Shown here piece after piece: positions 60,466 through 64,000 of a stretch of 64,000 bases of DNA. The position numbers were made by a program, and so were the translations under genes. The notes below the pieces were generated by a model, which saw nothing but the letters and a program-made list of their open reading frames with translations, had not been told where the DNA came from and searched no databases. The DNA comes from an uncultured delta proteobacterium (GTDB lineage Bacteria > Desulfobacterota > Syntrophia > Syntrophales > UBA5619): assembly GCA_963817385.1 (NCBI GenBank), contig CAWFOM010000025.1, positions 32,001 to 96,000 of the forward strand, given 5' to 3'. The number at the start of each line of letters is the position of its first letter. Positions within the stretch are counted from its first letter, which is position 1.

Positions 60466-61221
60466 TCAATCCTCCTGCCGGAATGAAAAAATGGCGCTCT
60501 GGATAATTTTTGTGACTTTGCTCATCTGCTCCGCTGTCATGTATGCCCCGCGAAGCCTGTGAACCTGCTGGCGATATTCCCTTGCATGTTCTTCTGACCA
60601 GAAGAAGACGCTCTCCCTTCAAAAGGCATTGATAATGCTTACATCGTCAAGTTTGAGAAGATTGATATCGGGTACGAAGACAATCGGGGCGCACCCTTTT
60701 TCTTTCACCTGATAGTTGAGATCGCTGTCGATCTCTATTTCCATGGATCTGGAGCAGTGGGCGCATTCTGTTTTGATGACGACCGATACGAATTCTTTTC
60801 TGAGTCGCCCTTGCACGAAGGGCGTCGCAAACGCGTCGGCTGCTCAGGCTGCATACAGCCGCTCGCCGGTATGAAAAATCACTTGGTGTGGTGTTTTTTC
60901 AACCGTTACGGGATATGCCCACTCAATTTCCCCGTGTGCGTTCCTGAAGATAAAAGTCATGTGCGATTCCAGGTCATCCAGGATGGCAATCATCCGCCTG
61001 ACGGGAATATTCAATGCATTCGAGATAAACTCCGGTGATAACGGTTTTCCTGCAATCGGAAGTTCCCGGACGACGAAGTGGTGTACCAGCCGATGCTCCT
61101 CAGACATAAAGGCAAGATTGTCGGCAAATTTCCTTTTTCCTCTGGCGATCTGCTTTTCCCACAAGAACGGAGGAACGTTGAGCATGTATCGCCACAACCC
61201 CATCATGAGTCTATTTTTCAT
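60466..61221 (-). CDS. MerB-like organometal lyase with two in-frame UGA codons (probable Sec at codons 126 and 201), 251 aa
   Basis: One frame: WAYPVT..TPHQV..LYAA-U-AADAF..ECAHC..IINAF-U-RESVFFWSEEHAREY, matching MerB LYAWCALD and QSFCCHVHFF; hairpins after both UGAs. Confidence 0.85.
60589..60606 (-). promoter_or_regulatory. Candidate SECIS for the second UGA
   Basis: UUCUUCU-GGUC-AGAAGAA perfect stem starting 13 nt after UGA. Confidence 0.7.
60806..60824 (-). promoter_or_regulatory. Candidate SECIS for the first UGA
   Basis: CGCCCUU-CGUGC-AAGGGCG perfect stem starting 20 nt after UGA. Confidence 0.65.
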
Positions 61222-61290
61222 CGTGTGGACCTCCTGTTAGTTACCATGATGTTAACGAGCATCCCCATCATACGGAATGCAGCCCAATAA

Positions 61291-61833
61291 TCAGGTTCGG
61301 GACCATTGACGGATCCGCTCGATCTCTTCGCCGGTAATGCCCAGCCCCTCGAGGAACTCCTGATGCAGTAAGGGGGAGAGTTTTTCAAACTCCTGATGCC
61401 ATTTCACCATTCCCTCGTCGTCAAGGCCAACAGCTCGGAGAAGGGCAATCCATCCTTCCTTGTCCATGAAGGGGATCCGTTCCCGAAGCGACCTGTCACC
61501 CAGCATACGGATAATAACATGTTGCTGTTCACGCAGGCTGCCGATCTCCTTTCCGAGGGCAAGCAAACGTTTCTCCAGGATGTCTCGCACGCCGCTCTGC
61601 GGTGACTTGAGGATCTCACGGATTGAGGCCATAGAGAGCCCTACCTGGCGGTACATGCAGATCAACTGCAACCGATTGGAATCTTCCTGCGTGTATCTTC
61701 GGTAATTTGCCCGGCTTCTCCCCGATGGTTGCAGAAGGCCGATCGAATCATAATAAAGGAGTGTGCTTCGGGAAAGGCCGAATTGTTTAGCAAGTTGTCC
61801 AATGGTCACTGCAGGCGATGTCATCTTGGCCAC
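61291..61833 (-). CDS. MerR-family transcriptional regulator
   Basis: TIGQLAKQFGLSRSTLLYYDSIGLL.P..R..NYRRY HTH; C-terminal WH.EFE..P..HQEFL..LG domain. Confidence 0.92.
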   Translation of the reverse strand: MAKMTSPAVTIGQLAKQFGLSRSTLLYYDSIGLLQPSGRSRANYRRYTQEDSNRLQLICMYRQVGLSMASIREILKSPQSGVRDILEKRLLALGKEIGSLREQQHVIIRMLGDRSLRERIPFMDKEGWIALLRAVGLDDEGMVKWHQEFEKLSPLLHQEFLEGLGITGEEIERIRQWSRT

Positions 61834-61964
61834 GCCGATTTCTTCAGCACAAAGCCGATCGTAACGAAATGATTTATGCGCACACCTGATAAACGCACCT
61901 TGGATGACATGTTTCCCCTCTTTGCACTTGTGTTGTGTGTCGTCATGGTTAGCACCTGAATCTG

Positions 61965-61995
61965 ATTCTGAACTATGAGGTGGTAGTCAGGTCAA
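61965..61995 (-). promoter_or_regulatory. MerR-type promoter with 19-bp spacer
   Basis: TTGACC-tgactaccacctcatagtt-CAGAAT; ACTA..TAGT dyad in spacer. Confidence 0.7.
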
Positions 61996-62218
61996 GCTTT
62001 TTTTGGGGTATTCCCGGATAGGGTTTTTGAAGTGCACTTGTACAGACGTCGCCGAGCACCTGTGTTAACTTGGCGTGATGGGGTTATCTATGCCTCCCAG
62101 GGGGTAGTCGGGATCGCCGTAGGAGGTATTGTGTTCAATGATTGATTGACCGGCTGGATCCCGGGATCGCTCAAATGGCCTCATTGAGCAGCGATCCGGG
62201 CGAGGGATGGCTTCCTGT

Positions 62219-62713
62219 TCAGGGTTTGCCCCGTTCCAGGGCAATAACTCCGGTTCGCGAAAAGTCCTCCATTCCCAGCGCTTCCAGGCGGGTCAGGATC
62301 TCTTCGAGCTCTTCCTTGTCCCCGGTGAATTCCAGGACAGCCAAACCGGATTCCTCGTTCACCATCTTCCCGCCGCGGGTGTCGACAAGCTCCCGGATGG
62401 CCGCTTGCCGCTCCCCGGTCAGGGGGACGCGGGCCAGGATCATCTCGCGTTGCACCGAATCGGGCCGGCGGAGCCTCCGGGCCTCCAGCACATCGACCAG
62501 ACGGTTCAACTGTTTGATGACCTTGGCGATCGTATCCTGCGTTGTCAGGGTGGTAATGATAATCTTGGTGACGGCCGGGTTCCGGGTGATATTCGCCGAG
62601 ATGCTTTCGATATTGAATCCCCGGGCGCTGAAGGTGCCGGCTATGCGGGCCAGGACATCGGGCCTGTTGTAAACGATTACGGATATCGCTCGTTCTTTCA
62701 ACTGGGTTGGCAT
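62219..62713 (-). CDS. ilvN: Acetolactate synthase small subunit
   Basis: NRPDVLARIAGTFSARGFNIES, KQLNRLVDV, SRTGVIAL. Confidence 0.93.
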   Translation of the reverse strand: MPTQLKERAISVIVYNRPDVLARIAGTFSARGFNIESISANITRNPAVTKIIITTLTTQDTIAKVIKQLNRLVDVLEARRLRRPDSVQREMILARVPLTGERQAAIRELVDTRGGKMVNEESGLAVLEFTGDKEELEEILTRLEALGMEDFSRTGVIALERGKP

Positions 62714-62738
62714 GGTCGCTCCTCTTCGTTCTGTTTAT

Positions 62739-64000
62739 TCACGCTACCGCACGGGCGCGGGAGTTTCCGAAGGACATCTCCGTCAGCGGCGTTCCCGGCT
62801 TCACCATCGGGAAAACATTCTCCTCCGGCTCCACATGGAAGTCCATCACTACCGGTCCGGGGGTCTCCAGCCCCTCCTTGAGCACCCGCTTCACCTCCGC
62901 GGGTTTGGTGGCTCTGAGGCCCTTAATGCCGTAGGCCTCGGCCAGCTTTACGAAGTCGGGGGCCTGGGTCATGTCGGACTGGGAGTAGCGGCGCCCATAG
63001 AAGAGCTCCTGCCACTGGCGGATCATGCCAAGGTACAGATTATTCAGGATGACGACCTTGACGGGAAGGCCGTAATGGACGATGGTCCCGAACTCCTGGA
63101 TATTCATCTGGAGGCTGCCGTCTCCCGCCACATCCACGACGAGCCTATCCGGGCAGGCCACTTGGGCGCCGATCGCGGCGGGGAGTCCGAATCCCATCGC
63201 TCCGAGTCCTCCCGAGGTGAGGAAGGCATTCGGCTCGTCGAAACGGTAAAACTGGGCCGCCCACATCTGGTTTTGACCCACCTCGGTGGCGATGATCGCC
63301 CGGCCTCCGGTGAGCTGATGGAGCTTTTCGACGACGTATTGAGGCTTGATGTTCTGGCTTCGGCAGTAGCTCAGGGGCATTTCCGCCTTCCATTGGCGGA
63401 TCCGGTTGCGCCAGGCCCGGATCGGCCGCTCGGGCAGCGTCAACCCCTGCTCGTCGACGAGGCGATGGAGGGTCTCGAGGGCCGGGGTGCAGTGGCTGAC
63501 GATCGAGACATCGGTCCGGACGATCTTGTCGATGGAGACGGGATCGATATCGATATGGACGATCTTGGCATGGGGGGCAAAGGCCTCGACCTTGGAGGTA
63601 GCGCGATCATCGAACCGGACGCCGACCGCCATCAGGAGATCGCAGTTGCTGACGGCCATGTTGGCCGAGTATGCGCCGTGCATGCCCAGCATGCCGCTCC
63701 AGAGCGGATCGCTCGCGGGAAAGGCGCCCAGCCCCATCAGGGTCGAGACGACCGGGATCTGGAGTTTCCTTGCAAAGGAGCGGAAAACGCCGGAGGCCTT
63801 TCCCAAAATCACCCCTCCCCCGACGACGATGAGCGGTTTTTTCGCCGCCATCAGCAGCTTCAGGGCTTCGCCGCAGAGCCCTTCGAGATCCGGACAGGCC
63901 TCCTCGCCGGGCGGCAGGGCGCTCGTCAGGAGATCCGCTTCCATGACCGACTGGATCACATCCTTGGGAAGATCGACGAGGACCGGTCCCGGACGTCCCG
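62739..64000 (-). CDS. ilvB: Acetolactate synthase large subunit, C-terminal part (5' end outside window)
   Basis: GMLGMHG, RFDDR, VGQNQMWAAQ, SGGLGAMGFG, GDGS..MN, GMIRQWQ. Confidence 0.95.
   Translation of the reverse strand, partial: GRPGPVLVDLPKDVIQSVMEADLLTSALPPGEEACPDLEGLCGEALKLLMAAKKPLIVVGGGVILGKASGVFRSFARKLQIPVVSTLMGLGAFPASDPLWSGMLGMHGAYSANMAVSNCDLLMAVGVRFDDRATSKVEAFAPHAKIVHIDIDPVSIDKIVRTDVSIVSHCTPALETLHRLVDEQGLTLPERPIRAWRNRIRQWKAEMPLSYCRSQNIKPQYVVEKLHQLTGGRAIIATEVGQNQMWAAQFYRFDEPNAFLTSGGLGAMGFGLPAAIGAQVACPDRLVVDVAGDGSLQMNIQEFGTIVHYGLPVKVVILNNLYLGMIRQWQELFYGRRYSQSDMTQAPDFVKLAEAYGIKGLRATKPAEVKRVLKEGLETPGPVVMDFHVEPEENVFPMVKPGTPLTEMSFGNSRARAVA

Noticed and set aside
60466..60468. Third TGA in the MerB-like frame as another Sec
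   Set aside because: Falls where MerB similarity ends; no Cys-equivalent position or clear hairpin; treated as the stop.
61291..61833. Canonical mer operon
   Set aside because: Regulator lacks the Hg-binding Cys triad; no merA/merT/merP in the window.
61821..61946. 41-codon ORF between the MerR-type promoter and merR
   Set aside because: No RBS or recognisable motif; cannot support coding status.

Overview
GC-rich bacterial chromosomal segment, probably from an anaerobic deltaproteobacterium (Desulfobacterota/Syntrophales-like; inferred from gene content only). Housekeeping genes (mutM end, thyX, gnd, ilvB/ilvN) are interleaved with metabolic clusters: Fe-ADH/MoaD/AOR/SDR/AtoE, a split sugar-acid cluster, TRAP plus acyl-CoA ligase, a PaoABC-like molybdoenzyme and an ABC exporter. 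Accessory content includes five toxin-antitoxin modules, a 1533-aa Avs-like STAND NTPase and integron attC-like sites with no integrase in the window. Highlights: (1) a MerB-like organometal lyase gene (60466-61221, minus) split by the ORF track at two in-frame UGA codons. These sit at the positions of the two catalytic Cys of MerB, each is followed by a SECIS-like hairpin, and the gene lies behind a MerR-family regulator and a 19-bp-spacer promoter. (2) An OsmC-like selenoprotein (16200-16664). (3) A HEPN-like gene and the Avs-like gene arranged as apparent integron cassettes. (4) At least four cargo blocks bracketed by duplicated gene ends. At least seven ordinary genes carry frameshifts, most likely sequencing/assembly indels. 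No rRNA, tRNA, CRISPR array, transposase or integrase was recognised.
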